Shown: positions 13,100-25,759, numbered from the whole stretch's first letter. The stretch: DNA of 59,217 nucleotides, filler included, from Globobulimina sp. (GCA_003354225.1; 10 parts of 10 records of this genome joined end to end with filler, not necessarily neighbours in it); one strand, 5' to 3'. The notes: generated from the letters alone by a model not told the origin. Numbers and translations: made by a program.

Positions 13100-14134
13100 T
13101 GTGTATTTTCTTTAGTTGTACGTACAAATGGGAAGGGGAGTCGCTGGTCTAGAAAAGACAAAACCGCGACACACTTTATCAAGAAATAGGCAACAGCACA
13201 CTTTACTTTTGCTTTGTATACTGTAAATATATAAAGTATATACCTAAGAGCATTGCAAATTAATTAAAAGTATTCATCCTTCACGTAAAGAAAATATCAT
13301 ATCAAAACATTTTCGGGTACCCCATGTTTTGCATATCAAAAAAAGCAATATTCAGCTACACTGTGTTTACATAAAAAGCAGTGGCTAAACAGTAAATATA
13401 TTGTTTGCCTATTTGTTTTTTCAGAGAAAAACAGTGGAAGTGGATATTGTTTTTTTGATAGCAAAACATTATATGGCAAGAAACGCGAAATACGTACGGC
13501 AAACCTTAAAGTAGAGCGTCTGTCCTTGTACCAATTGTGCTGTAAATACCATCAATTTGGCTGAATTTGCTACTACAAATATGGACAAATAGAAACAATA
13601 TGACAACGCTATACTGTCAGATAGAAACAGTATTTGTAGACTTGCGAATATTTGCAGTATATTGTTTCAGGTGTACATACAACCTTGTTTTAGATTTATT
13701 GCATGGCTCCAAATCAACCAATTGTTTTGGTAAATTAGTATATAAGATATAAGCAAGCGAGAAATGGTAACAATACAATAAATAAACTAAGAATGTATAA
13801 TATTACCACATACAAAAAAAACGGAAAACATAAAATAATAATATAAAATGTAGAAAGAACTCAAAGAAGTGGACTGTCCAATTTTTTTTGAAAAAAAAGA
13901 CAGCTTACAAATGAAAGATATTTAAAAAAAAATACAAATTTTTAAAAAAACGTTGTTTTTACAAAGAATAAATTAATATTTAATTTGCTTATTAAATGAA
14001 CAATTCATTTACAATTTTATCATTTATTTATTACTGTTTAATTTTATTAATCAATTTAAAAATATAAAATAAAAAAGTTTTTTTATCATATTTTTTTAAT
14101 TTATATTTTGTACTCATTATTTATATTTGTTTGC

Positions 14135-16094
14135 TTAATTAGTTTGTACTTCAATTTCATCCATATGTGTAGCTAACATATTGGGTTCCGTGCCTCCATA
14201 GGCTTTGGTTGCATTATCATCAACACTGACATCCACATTCTCGTCACCAACATTGTCCGTATTATTACTCACCAGACACTTCATTGCCATTTGTAACTGC
14301 TGAATAATATCATTTGGATCACCATCAGACTCAGACTCATTCCCATCATTCAAAGACTGTAAACTATTGAAGCTATTATGTCCATTAAAATGGCGTGCAC
14401 TCATTGAGTCTGACGACGTGGGTTTTGTTGCATGTCTCACGCTCGTCTTAGTGATGGAGACAGAATATCTCGAGCCAGAGGGCGATGGTACAATGTCTTG
14501 AGTCGGAGTCGGTGGGATTGGGTTTTGATTCACCACATAATTTGTGTTCTGGATAAACTCGGACAAGGAAGGAGGCTGCGACTGGTTCATCATTGACATC
14601 ATTTGCAACACCTGATGTTGCGGAGGCTGTTGGTACACAATTTGTGCACTGGTACTGTTGTTATTTGATGACACTGATTGTTGATATGAGCCATATGAGG
14701 TGGTCGTACTTGGCAGCGATATAGGTTTGCTGTGCTTCGGTTGTAAGTGCCCAATTGTACTGGTTATCGTTGCTGTGGTTGCTGTGGTATTTTGCCATTC
14801 CGTGATTGGTAATTGTACGCAGTCTACGCGTACGTCCTCAGCCTCAGCCACATTTGTAGCGGGTGACACTTGCGGTGATGAGGGCTGTGGTGTTCCCACG
14901 GAACATGACCTATTCGAATAAGATTTGAATGCTTTCAACATTGCGGCGGCTTTACTGCTCGCACCGCTTACTTCACTTACCATTGTCGGGGATGTCGGGG
15001 ATGTGGTCGTGGCATTGGGAGTCGTGGATGATTTCGATATTGAACGTACAGCCACAAACTTCGTGTTTGAGCATGGCAATTCTGAGATGGATTCAGATGG
15101 AATAGATATGATTTGTGCTGCATTTGCATCAAGTTTGCGTTGCGTGACATTGACATAATATAAGCCGCCGCCGGCTAAACAACATAAGCACACTCCTAAT
15201 ATAGCAATGATAACGTATAAGACGGTTAAAATAAGCGTCGTTTGCGCATAGAGCGCAGAAATCGTTCTTGTTTCAGTTTGCGCTGTATACCAATTGCAAA
15301 CATTTGAATTGCAGACATATTTAAACATATCATAGATGTACATAACTTAAACTGGTGCTAGTCATTGACGTTGAAGTCGTTGGATTATTACAGACATCAC
15401 ACCGCCACGCATCAGATTTGAATGGACAGGATTTCTCATACAAATCGCCGCAATGCATGGTGCCAATGTGATGTTGGTAACTTCCAATATAAGCCGTCAC
15501 ATTCACATCGCTCCAACCATTGTAGGCATACAATTCCATCGCGGAACACTGGTCTCCTGCGACGATGCTTGCTTTTTTTTCGCCATTTTGGCGTGGCGGA
15601 AAAAATACGGTTAAACCAGTACAAGTGTTTGAAGCTCCCGACCCGCATCGCAGCATAAACCGAGTGGCCTCTCTGGCATCAATTAATAAGTGGTCACAGG
15701 TATTGTCTCCGTCGCAGCTCATTGTAAAGGAAGCAGCTGTTTGGCCCTTAATATCTGCACTTTGGCACGCTGACTCCTCAAGGCATGCTATGGAGCAATC
15801 GCCATTGGTCGGACATGTCACTGACATATGCCGGCACACATTGTATGATGGTGCTGAGGAGCAGACAATCTCACAATTTCCGCTTCTGGGACAGCGAATT
15901 TCTGCGTTGCGACACGCATTCGGATAGTCTTGGCATAGAATGGTGCAGTTTTGCTGGTCAGCGCATTGGATGGTGTTGTTGTGATATTTGTCGTTGCTGT
16001 CAGCAACAAATGTATTTCCTGAAAACGTAGTACTTTTTTTTTGGCATTCACATTGATAGAATAAGAACAGTGCGATCAGCAGCATTGACACCAT
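14135..16094 (-). CDS. Type I membrane protein: signal peptide, Cys-rich repeats, TM helix, Ser/Thr/Gln-rich cytoplasmic tail
   Basis: MVSMLLIALFLFYQCEC signal, repeated C-x-I-x-C...AC....I-x-CP units, TM LILTVLYVIIAILGVCLCCLAGGGLYY; intron near 15275-15345. Confidence 0.8.
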
Positions 16095-16157
16095 TGGAGC
16101 TTACAACTGTCAGACTGAGAAGTGAGAAAAGTAACAATATTAAAAAAAAAAACTTCT

Positions 16158-17240
16158 TCAACGTTTGTGCGTTTTTTTTGATTTTGAATGTTTGGATCGG
16201 GAATTCGAGTGATATCCATTGGCTTTATTCGTATTATTGTCGTGATTCTCATTATTTTGAAGAACCCGTTCTTTTAAATTTGGTTTCGTGAATTTCATCG
16301 CATTCAATAAAAACTCAGTTTTGAACGTTTTGGGTTCCGGATTATTCGCCATCGGACATAACTCATTAAACATTGCATGGTGGAGATCGCGCATAATCCG
16401 CAAGTTTGAAAATATTTGTTTTTCATCGCAGAGCAACAATTTATTATTCTTTTCCTGCACTAAAAAATCCAATCTGTCCTGCAATTTCTCCTTAAAATCA
16501 ATCAATTGATAATCTTTCAAAAAAGCCAAACCTTTTCCTTTCTTATTCAATGACACATTGTTCCATCTCGATTGGAATACATTCGGTGTACATCCAAACA
16601 CAGACTCCAAACTGCCAAAAACCTGCCTTTTAATTTTCCGCCGCTTTCTTGGCGGCGCCGCCTTCTCCTCGCTGACCGCCACCATATTGGCCGGCAACTC
16701 TCTTTTCAAATTATTGCACCGCGAATCTTTCTTATTATATTTCCAAAGCAACCAATTTTCGTCTCGCGCCAAGATATTTGCTATGAATTTGGCAAACTTG
16801 TCCCCTTCGGGCGGGATGTTGGGCAATATTTCGTTGATAATTTGGATATGTTTGGAAAGTAACCATTCTTTGTCCGCCTCCTTGAACTTATCCAACGGCG
16901 TTAACTTTGGATGTTCGGATTTGGTTTTCACAGAATGCGATTTCAAAAAAATCAATGTTTGCACCAATATATATCTGCGAAAGGACGGATTATGGAACTC
17001 TTTGTTGAATAAACGATACGACGTCAAATATTTGCCGCTGCCGCACGACGAATGTTTGATGTTTGTGATGGTTTTGTAATGTCCCATGGCTTCATCCATA
17101 TCAATCACATTCTTCTTAAACGATTCCAGCACCAAATCCAAATTGAGGCGAAATGCCGCAAACCGTGCTTCATTCATTTTGCTTCCAACCCGGCGCGGAT
17201 CGTTGAATATATTTTGTAAGCCCCACAGAGCAATGTACAA
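16158..17240 (-). CDS. THOC1: THO complex subunit 1 (THOC1/Hpr1), 5' part replaced by foreign DNA
   Basis: LYIALWGLQNIFNDP, KYLTSYRLF..EF..PSFRRYILVQTLIF, PPEGDKFAKFIANILARDENWLLWK. Confidence 0.88.
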   Translation of the reverse strand: MYIALWGLQNIFNDPRRVGSKMNEARFAAFRLNLDLVLESFKKNVIDMDEAMGHYKTITNIKHSSCGSGKYLTSYRLFNKEFHNPSFRRYILVQTLIFLKSHSVKTKSEHPKLTPLDKFKEADKEWLLSKHIQIINEILPNIPPEGDKFAKFIANILARDENWLLWKYNKKDSRCNNLKRELPANMVAVSEEKAAPPRKRRKIKRQVFGSLESVFGCTPNVFQSRWNNVSLNKKGKGLAFLKDYQLIDFKEKLQDRLDFLVQEKNNKLLLCDEKQIFSNLRIMRDLHHAMFNELCPMANNPEPKTFKTEFLLNAMKFTKPNLKERVLQNNENHDNNTNKANGYHSNSRSKHSKSKKTHKR

Positions 17241-17721
17241 GGCCATGGGACTAGATGATAACGATCTCAGTAAACCATTCATCGGAGTTTGTCATACAGG
17301 AAATGAGGCAACTCCTTGTAACATATTATTACCAACACTAGCTGAAGAGGCAAAAAAAGGAGTTGCAGAAAACGGAGCAACTCCAAGAATATTCTCAACT
17401 ATTGCAGTTAGTGACGGAATTGCTATGGGTCATGAAGGAATGAAATCTTCTTTGATTTCTCGTGAAGTAATAGCAGACTCTATTGAATTAATGGTAAGAG
17501 CCCATCAATATGACGGAATAGTAGGAATTGCAGGATGTGATAAAAGCCTACCAGGTACAATGATGGCAATGGCCAGACTGAATTTACCTTCAGTTTTTGT
17601 ATATGGTGGAACAATTATGCCAGGAATTCTTGACGGTAAAGAGCTAACAGTAGTTGATGTCTATGAAGCAGTTGGAGCATATGATGCAGGACAGATTTCT
17701 TTAGAGATGTTAAAAAATATT
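17221..17721 (+). CDS. ilvD: Dihydroxy-acid dehydratase fragment, thaumarchaeal (Nitrosopumilus-like) type, probable chimera
   Basis: PHRAMYKAMGL...KPFIGVCHTGNEATPCN, TIAVSDGIAMGHEGMKSSLISREVIADSIE, GIAGCDKSLPG, YGGTIMPG; intronless. Confidence 0.93.
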
Positions 17722-17821
17722 NNNNNNNNNNNNNNNNNNNNNNNNNNNNNNNNNNNNNNNNNNNNTTAATTAATTAANNNNNNNNNNNNNNNNNNNNNNN
17801 NNNNNNNNNNNNNNNNNNNNN
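17722..17821. other. Artificial contig linker
   Basis: 44 N + TTAATTAATTAA + 44 N. Confidence 0.99.
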
Positions 17822-20800
17822 AATGTATTGATGTGGTACATAGATATTATAATTGATGGACTGTATCTGCATTGAGAATAGAATTTAATAAAGTTATTAA
17901 GTGGTTGCGGTTGGCAATGTCGCCGCTAATTTACATTTACATAATGGATGATCTTCACCGGGATGCAAAATACATTCATGTTTCCGAGGACAATTATCGC
18001 CTTTTTTGCACTCACCCGATGCGTTGTAAAAAGCGCATTTATCACTACGCCTAAAATCAAAGTAAGTACCTGAACCATGCAGTAATTTGGTGATTTTCTT
18101 TGAATTGACAATCATGTGATTATTATCCCAATGAGTTGGCGAGTGAGGGCGGCGATTATTGTTCGGATTTCTGTTCGAAGGACGGCGCGTATTATTATTT
18201 GGATTGCGCGAATTGGTATCTTGAGAGCGTTTTTGTTTTTGATCAATGAGCTGTTTCTTTGTCAGTTTCTTTTCTATTTTTGACGCTGCATTGATTTGAT
18301 CCGGCTGAAATGACGAAAAATTATCTGATAAGAATGAGATGAATGACATATTCGATTTACGATAAGCAGCATTTTGAAGTAAGTTGGATGAGAATGTGGA
18401 ATAAAGGGATTGGTCCTGTTCAATTGCTAAGGTCATACCTTTTTGGATCCAGGTCCAAAAATCTTGAGCGAGAAAGGTAGTGTCTTTCATTAACGGGTGC
18501 AATAAATTCAATGTCTTGTTTAGATCGAAACTTTTATAGTCTAAATAGACTCGAATGTCCCGATAAAGCCGTTGTTGTTCGTCAGACGCTGGCAATAATT
18601 TGTTTAAACGGGAGGATAATTCAAATATAAAGTCACGAATATAATTTAATGTATGAATAACATTCCATTTTGATTTGAATAATGAGTTTAATTCTGTGGT
18701 TGGTGTTAATTTATCAATGTATTTCATTGATTGATTCAAATATTTACAGATTCGATATGTGAGAGCAATAAATGAGAAGGTTTGTGTTTGTACCATGCCA
18801 CAGATAAATTTTATAATTTGTATTTTGGACAAGATAATGTCAGATTGTTTGATGGCGGATTGGATTTTCGCGGAATTGGAGGGAGCATTAAAATTCATTA
18901 ATTGTTTCAATGTGAGGGGATCTGAACATTTTTGATACAAATCTGTGAATTTGTGGAAGTTTCAATGTAGTTTCTCAAGTTTGTGCTGGATTTGTGCAGA
19001 AATAAGTTGTGGTATACAATTTGTGCAAAACGTTGGAAGAGAACACGATGAAAGGCGGTAGTTTCCAGATTTAACTCCATTGTGGTTCACGGTGTTTAGG
19101 AGGGAAAAATGAACGGAGCTGGCAAACCAATGCGTGATTCAATAGAAAGAAGGGGTCAATCCAAGCAAACTAATGACGCAAAGGAAAGATCGCAACGCAC
19201 AGACAATCCCAACGGAAGAGAGCAGAGAGAAAATATGGATAAAAGAGAGGAGATGGAACCTTCTAAATCTTGAACGATGTCACGACCGGTGATCCGACGC
19301 CCATTTTCAGTCAATTTTGCATTGATTAATTTGTTGACAATGGAGACCTCGGCGTCTTCGATGGAACTTATTGCCAAATCAACCATCGTCAGGACGCAAT
19401 CCTGCTTTTTCTTTTTGTCGACACCGGGAGCTGTGATTAAATATTTGTTGGTCAATATTAACCGCTGCAGATTATTCGTAGCGGTGTTATACTGTAATGG
19501 TGGCTTTGTGGCATAATTTTTGGCATCCAATTCATGTCTCAATTTATGATGTTGACGGCGTACGGACTCGGTAATCGATGCTCGGAATGACTCCAAGTCA
19601 GATTTCGTAATTGGATTTGTGTTCGTTACCGAGGTTTGTGGAGCGATAAAATCGGGGAAACGAAATGCGGTTTGGACAGATGCGGAATTTGTGGTTGATG
19701 CAATTGTCGTTGTTTTTGGTCTTTTGCGCGAGCTTGAATTTAAAGGGGAGTTAGGGTTTGATCTGCCTCTCTTGTTGGAATTGCTCGAAGTTGGAGAGAA
19801 TTTGGAGATTAATAATTCCGGAATGGCTCTGCCTTTCAGGAAGAGAGGGAATTTACTTAAGTTGACAATGGTATTTGCTGTGTTGATGACACCGCGATGC
19901 AATAAACGGGCTTTTATTGTCGGCTCGATTTGCATTACAAATTGTTCTGCAGCGTCGTTGTCAATTATTTTCGCGAAGTATTTGATATGCGATAGCAACG
20001 TGGTTTGGATCGGTAAGTACAAATCCAAGGAAAATAATAATTTATTTGCGATCATCGCCGATAATACGTTGGATCGCCTGACTTCGGTGGAAGCATTGTT
20101 ATTTTCCAACCGCTTCATTTCTTTTCGTTCCAAACCAATGGCATGAAAAAAATTGTGGTAATTGAGTTCCATGGCTTTATTCTCATCACTTTTATCGTCA
20201 TCGGCAACGGTATTCTGCGAAGTTATCATTTCAATCAAACTATTGGTGGCTTGGGAGAAGTTTGCGGGCGAAGTTTCAGAGGCATTTGAACGAGAAGAGG
20301 AGGGCATAGAGGATAACGAATAACTTAGGCCATTAAAGAGAGATTGAGGTGGCGAACCTTCTTCATTTGCAATTTCCTGTTGGGAATGACCTAAAAGTAA
20401 GTCATCATCATCGTCTTCGTCATTGAAATTTGTTTTGTCGCTATTTAGAAATGCAAATGCATCAAATTTGGTGATTTCATCGTAGTTTGCATAACCCGGA
20501 GTGCCTTGAAATTGTTTGTAATCGGCATCTCTGAATGGTGTGCAGCACAGTAATAATAAGTCGTTGAGGCTACCAATACTCGGTCCTGTCTGAACGCGTT
20601 GTTTTGAAATTTGCAGGAATAATTTGAACGATTCGGTTGGAGAACGATTTGCAGTGGATACAAAAAAGAGAGAAGGTTTCTTTTGTTGTATAAAATATAG
20701 GAGAAAAGATATTTCATTTGCATTGAAATAATCTGACTCTGAATGCGAACTTGATTGTTTGAGATTTGCTTTTGAGAAGCTAAATTTCCATTTCTTTTTT

Positions 20801-21050
20801 AACTGTTTCTTGTCTTGCTTTGATAGGGAGGATATTGCGTGGGAAACGACGGAATTTTTGCCATATGGCATTGCTCAATTTGTACAGATATGTTTCAGGA
20901 AAATACTGCAGAGTGGCGACGTAATGGTACGGCAAAAAGAAAAGAAAAGTTAGTGAAGTTTCAAACACAGTAAGTTTTTCACTTCACTTTTTAATTAACA
21001 ATTTGCCAAACTCAAAATAACCAGATCTCCGACACAGGCTTGGAAATATG
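17822..21050 (-). mobile_element. Putative DIRS/Ngaro-like (tyrosine-recombinase) retrotransposon, 5' portion only
   Basis: Long gag-like ORF ending in a double zinc knuckle, followed by overlapping frames that stay open to the contig end. RT and YR are not visible. Confidence 0.45.
17897..20871 (-). CDS. Gag-like protein (about 885 aa spliced) with C-terminal CCCH/zinc-knuckle
   Basis: ORFs 19156-20871 and 17897-18940 join in frame via a phase-1 GT-AG intron 18943-19259 (GAA G|AT TTG). N/R-rich linker, then CAFYNASGECKKGDNCPRKHECILHPGEDHPLCKC. Confidence 0.6.
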
Positions 21051-23092
21051 ACATATTTGTCAACAAATCCAGCACCAATAAACCCACATATTGTGCCAAA
21101 GCAACATGTATTTTATACTGAGGATCAATTGTTTCTGATATCCACGCAAAACTATCATAAACAGAATGATAAGTTCCAAAGTTCCCTGCAAATCCAGCAT
21201 GCATAGCAGGAAGACCCAAATGTTCCACAAACACAACATAATCTGAACCATAACCAATTGGATAAGTTTGCAATGAGGTATCAGCAGCTTGTCTGCTTAG
21301 CCAGTCTTCATATAAATTCATATCATCTTCATACGGTTTATCAATGTAACGCAAGCCATCAATCATAAATTTACTTAATGTTGCATCAGACTGTGCATTT
21401 ATATTCGGACCACTTGCTGCAGTGTCAATATTCATATACGCCACCAATTCATTTTGCAACATTTCGGCATTCTCTTCGCCAAAAGCTGTAGAACCAATCA
21501 AGCATTGTTCCTCTCCATCCCAGTATGCTACAGAAATAAATCATATTATATTATTATATTATATATGTATAGTATGACTATGTAAAGACGTAACCGATAT
21601 AAATGCTGCGTAATGGCTGCCAGCCCATTTCCATCAATTCACCCAAAGATCGCGCGATCTCCAAACTCGTAACGACACCGGAAATTGGATCTGCTGCACC
21701 ATAAATCCATGCATCTGTTGTAAATTCAACACAAAATATAATTATATGCACAATCTAGTAACGTACCATAATGATTGCCAATTATTATTGCCTCATTTGG
21801 ATATTTTGTTCCTTTAATAAATCCAACAACATTAGTAATAGTCGACGTATCTTGATTGTTATTTATTACATTCAAATTTAAAACAACTTCCATGGATGAA
21901 TCAGCACCAAACCTGCCACCAATCCGGTAACTAAAATTAAAGCCGCCTTGCCACAAAGGCCCATCATCCAAGTCACTCCATGTCTCATTCACAAGCATTC
22001 CATTTAACTGCGACATTAAGATAAAAGCATTGCGAGAACCAATAGGAATGACTGGGATTTGAGGCATAAACTCCTCTCTGCTCCGATTACATTTCTCCAT
22101 TAATCTTTGCGGAGAGGGGTTGCCAGGACAATAATAGCCAGCAATTATAGAACCTCTTTGATATCCGGTGGATGGCAGCCATGGTCCCGCTGGAAACACA
22201 GCTCCTTGCAACGGACCATAATCCAACGGATCACTGTATATCAGTAAGCCGACCATACCGAATGTTTCTGCTTCCAATGACTTCTCTCCTCTGAACATTC
22301 CACCGCCATATTTAACAATACCTATCATTCCGGATAGGTTATATCCCAAAGCTGTCAATCTCAAGAAATCTTTGCGTGATCCATAGTTGACATAAATTAG
22401 TGTTGCTGTCACATTGCCAGTAGCCGCAAAACCATTATATGCATGACTTCGTTGCTCTGTATCGCTGGTTGGGTCCGATGCGATCATTGCTTCAGATAAG
22501 TCAAACTCTCTTAGGATTGGGGACAATGGGTCTGATGAATTCAACTGTTTTAGTGATGAGTATACGTAACCACCCAAATAAATGTTGTCATACTGGATCA
22601 GAGAAGTGTTGAATCCAAATGATTGCAATTTGTCACGTAAATATTCTGCGTATTGGTGATTCTGCGGCGATCCTGAACGGTTAATTGTATTTTATCTTAG
22701 ATGTGGCAGTACATATGATTTGGGCAAAATAAATATATACCGGCAAGGTGTGGGAACTGTGTAAGAAATTGCGAATTATTTCTAGCTGTTGTATTTGATG
22801 GAAGTTGAATGAATTCCATGCGCCAATCAGCTGTATAATGCATATAGATACAATTAGTGTGCTATAGTGTCGTTTGTTAAAATTATTTACACATATTTAA
22901 TACTTAACGTGCTGTTGATTCTGAACCATCAGTACCTATGACCACTACTATTATAATAACAACAGCAACCACTATGACAATAAGACAGAGGAATGAAATC
23001 ACGAGACATCTGGATCTTTGCTTTGATTCTTTATATTTAGTGTCTGAGTCTGAGACCAATGGCGTTGTTGCGTTGCCTGCGGTGGTTTGCAT
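20995..23092 (-). CDS. Glutamate carboxypeptidase II-like M28B peptidase (type II membrane, PA domain), C-terminally truncated
   Basis: N-terminal TM, PHLAG, YVNYG...FRGEK...LIYSDPLD, QRGS, IIIGNHYDAW, GAADP, WDGEE, YMNID, GSDY, TYHSVYD. The dimerisation domain is absent after LDLLTN. Confidence 0.9.
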
Positions 23093-23169
23093 GGTTTTTG
23101 GTAAATAAGGTTTTTGTTTTTTGAAATTTAAAAATAAACAAAAAAATAACTAGAATTGTCATATTTCAA

Positions 23170-23653
23170 TTAAGAGACAACATGAACATGTTTAACAATC
23201 CAGGGATGCTTTGGTACATTTTGCAACAACATTCTGTCCGATGGTATTTTTTGAAGTAAGCAACCAATAAATGCTCTCGCTAAATGAGAAACATGTGCCG
23301 GATATCTGACAAACACTTTGGAGATGGCCCGATATGTCTGAGTGGTGTTTTTATTTTCAAAGGGCGGCCGACCCACTAAAAATTCATACGTTAACACCCC
23401 CAATGACCAAATATCAACATTGTGATCGTGTTGCCTGCCTTCGACCATTTCGGGTGGCAAGTAATCCAATGTGCCGCACAGCGTTGTTCTTTTAATATTT
23501 GGCGAATGTACACTCCACCCGAAATCTGCTATTTTTATATGTCCTCCGTGTCCAATTAATAAGTTTTCGGGTTTGACTATATTTATTTATCAAAGAAAAC
23601 ATATAAAGAAAGCAGCAAATAATAACCAAACTGTCGCGGTGAATCACGTTCTT
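23170..23653 (-). CDS. Aurora kinase, C-terminal part, 5' truncated
   Basis: [62 protein letters not shown]. Confidence 0.95.
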
Positions 23654-23753
23654 NNNNNNNNNNNNNNNNNNNNNNNNNNNNNNNNNNNNNNNNNNNNTTA
23701 ATTAATTAANNNNNNNNNNNNNNNNNNNNNNNNNNNNNNNNNNNNNNNNNNNN
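23654..23753. other. Artificial contig linker
   Basis: 44 N + TTAATTAATTAA + 44 N. Confidence 0.99.
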
Positions 23754-24533
23754 TTTGAAATACCATCAATCTGGTTTTGACCTTCTGCAAGGTCTACAAA
23801 TAGCAAGACACTTTCCCCGGGCCTTTTTATATCAGGTGTGACAACCCTTGTGATATCCTCCATTGTTGCATAGGCTGAAACAACCAGTTCCCTGGGAGAC
23901 TTTACAGTCTCTTCGCTCACCCGGGTGGCCATAGACAAACTATCTTTCCCGCCATCAACAGCGATACCCAACGGTATCATAGCGTCACGCATTGCACAGG
24001 CCGCGTCATAGAGCGCTGCACCCTCACCAGGCAACTTCGGAGCCCACATCCAGTTTGCTGAACATTTAACCCCTTCCAGGGTATCAATTTTAGCCCACAC
24101 CAGGTTCGTCAGCGCTTCACCAACTGCCATTCGTGCTCCTGCCTGAGGATTCACCAGCATCTTAATGGGCTGTTCTCCAATAGCAGTTGCCGCGCCGCTA
24201 AGCTCAAAATGGCTCTGGGCAATGACTGCCACATCGGCCACAGTTGCCTGTAGGGGCCCGCAGCACTGCTGCTGGGCAATTAATCCGGTAACGGACCTGT
24301 CAACCTTATTGGTCAGAAACCGTTTTGACCCGACTGACACAAGGCGCAAAACATTGTGCAACGCTTCCCGAACGGTCATATCATCCGGCAGCGCCAGGAG
24401 GGCTTGCTGGCCTTCATGCCGGCTGTCATAAAATGTCTTCTGGGGGATATTGCCAAGAACCTCATGCAACTCCAGGTCTACAGGCTTAGATCCGTCCTGC
24501 TCGTCATACACCACAAAACGCCCATCACCGGTC
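23754..24533 (-). CDS. purL: Bacterial phosphoribosylformylglycinamidine synthase (large PurL) internal fragment, probable chimera
   Basis: VGSKRFLTNKVDRSVTGLIAQQQCCGP, AIGEQP, GARMAVGEALTN, SANWMW, VDGGKDSLSM, VTPDIK; visibly higher GC than host DNA, no introns. Confidence 0.93.
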
Positions 24534-25121
24534 TCACAACGAAAAGCAACAAAGAAAGTGACGCGAATATTCTTTACCTCTAAAAACGAAGCAACGCCAA
24601 ACACCATAAAAAGCAGAAAAACCTCACGATCGATATCCATCCCATTATTCCAATCGCATTGTGAGGCCATAACAATCTCAGACACCTTATATGCATCCAT
24701 ATCAATGTCGATATCGGATGCGATTGCCACGGAGTATGAGATCGCTGCACCTGTTACCGAGTATGGATGTAATGATAAAGCAGCTGCAGACCAAACAGGA
24801 GAACTATGTGATGGTGTTATTGGTTTACATTGTGGTGCGCGTGCTTTAGGCCAAACACATTCACCGCACATATCGTATTGGCCCGCATGCCCAGATGACG
24901 AAGACGAAGACGTCGTTTATCACATTGCGAATGGCGACCAGTACGTTAAAGGCGAAGATATATACAGCGAGGTGGCGTTACCGCCTTTGCCCATAGATAC
25001 GCGATGTGGCAGTGTGCCCAGCTCCGACTCTGGTCTCTCGACGTTGGCATCGGATGAAGGTTCATGCGATGATTTGCTGTGGAATGTCGGCGATGCATTA
25101 AAGAAAATGTTTTGTGATTGA
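24510..25121 (+). CDS. 3' end of a host hypothetical low-complexity acidic protein
   Basis: Open frame from the purL junction to a stop at 25121, followed by an AT-rich 3' region. Confidence 0.5.
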   Translation, partial: TTKRPSPVSQRKATKKVTRIFFTSKNEATPNTIKSRKTSRSISIPLFQSHCEAITISDTLYASISMSISDAIATEYEIAAPVTEYGCNDKAAADQTGELCDGVIGLHCGARALGQTHSPHISYWPACPDDEDEDVVYHIANGDQYVKGEDIYSEVALPPLPIDTRCGSVPSSDSGLSTLASDEGSCDDLLWNVGDALKKMFCD

Positions 25122-25759
25122 ATTGTATTTATTTTGTATTATAATGTATGCAATGCAGTGATTATTTTTTTTATTATTGTCAGCGGAATTAAGTGGTTAT
25201 TAGGATCGCATTGAAGTCGTATATATGTTTGTTCGCTGCCTCTTCGCAAATGAGTGTGTTGAGGCTATTTACGATTCGTATATGATTTTCATGGTCAAAT
25301 CAAAAGAACAATGTTAAACTTGTTTTTCTTGTGATAATTTAGCTGATTTTTGTTGTTGTTCAGTGATTAATTCCGTTGATGTTTTATTTAATAATTTCTA
25401 TGTTGTGTTGAATGATATATTTCCCGCGAATTTGTTTAGTTTTTTTCAGTTTTTTTTTTTGTGTATTTGTGATTTAAATATTTTCGTGAATTTTTCCTTT
25501 TTATTTTTGATATTGCTTGGGATTGATTGAATTGTTTGTTGTTTTGTGTATTATATTTTGATAATTAAATTTAGTAAATTTCAAATTTTAGAAGAATGAT
25601 CAAGTTGATACTAACTGGCCATTTCCAGGTGAGAACGTTTCGGAGATTTATGAAGATTTTTCTTAGTCAATCACCGCATTAGAAATTAACTTTCTTTTGA
25701 TATTTATATTTATCAAATCAAAAACGCGCAAGTATTGGACATTCATTCTAGTTTATTAA

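Noticed and set aside
13100-14134. AT-rich intergenic region with recurring ATATTGTTT/AAACAATAT words as an ncRNA or MITE
   Set aside because: No extended pairing or terminal repeats could be established; consistent with low complexity.
16158-17769. Horizontal transfer of ilvD, or a real overlapping THOC1/ilvD gene pair
   Set aside because: Both genes are truncated at a ~20-nt shared sequence near a contig end, and the ilvD part has no introns. A chimera is simpler.
23702-24871. 389-aa ORF as a PurL with a novel N-terminal extension
   Set aside because: The first ~110 aa are the antisense of a host + strand ORF. PurL similarity begins at the composition shift near 24533.
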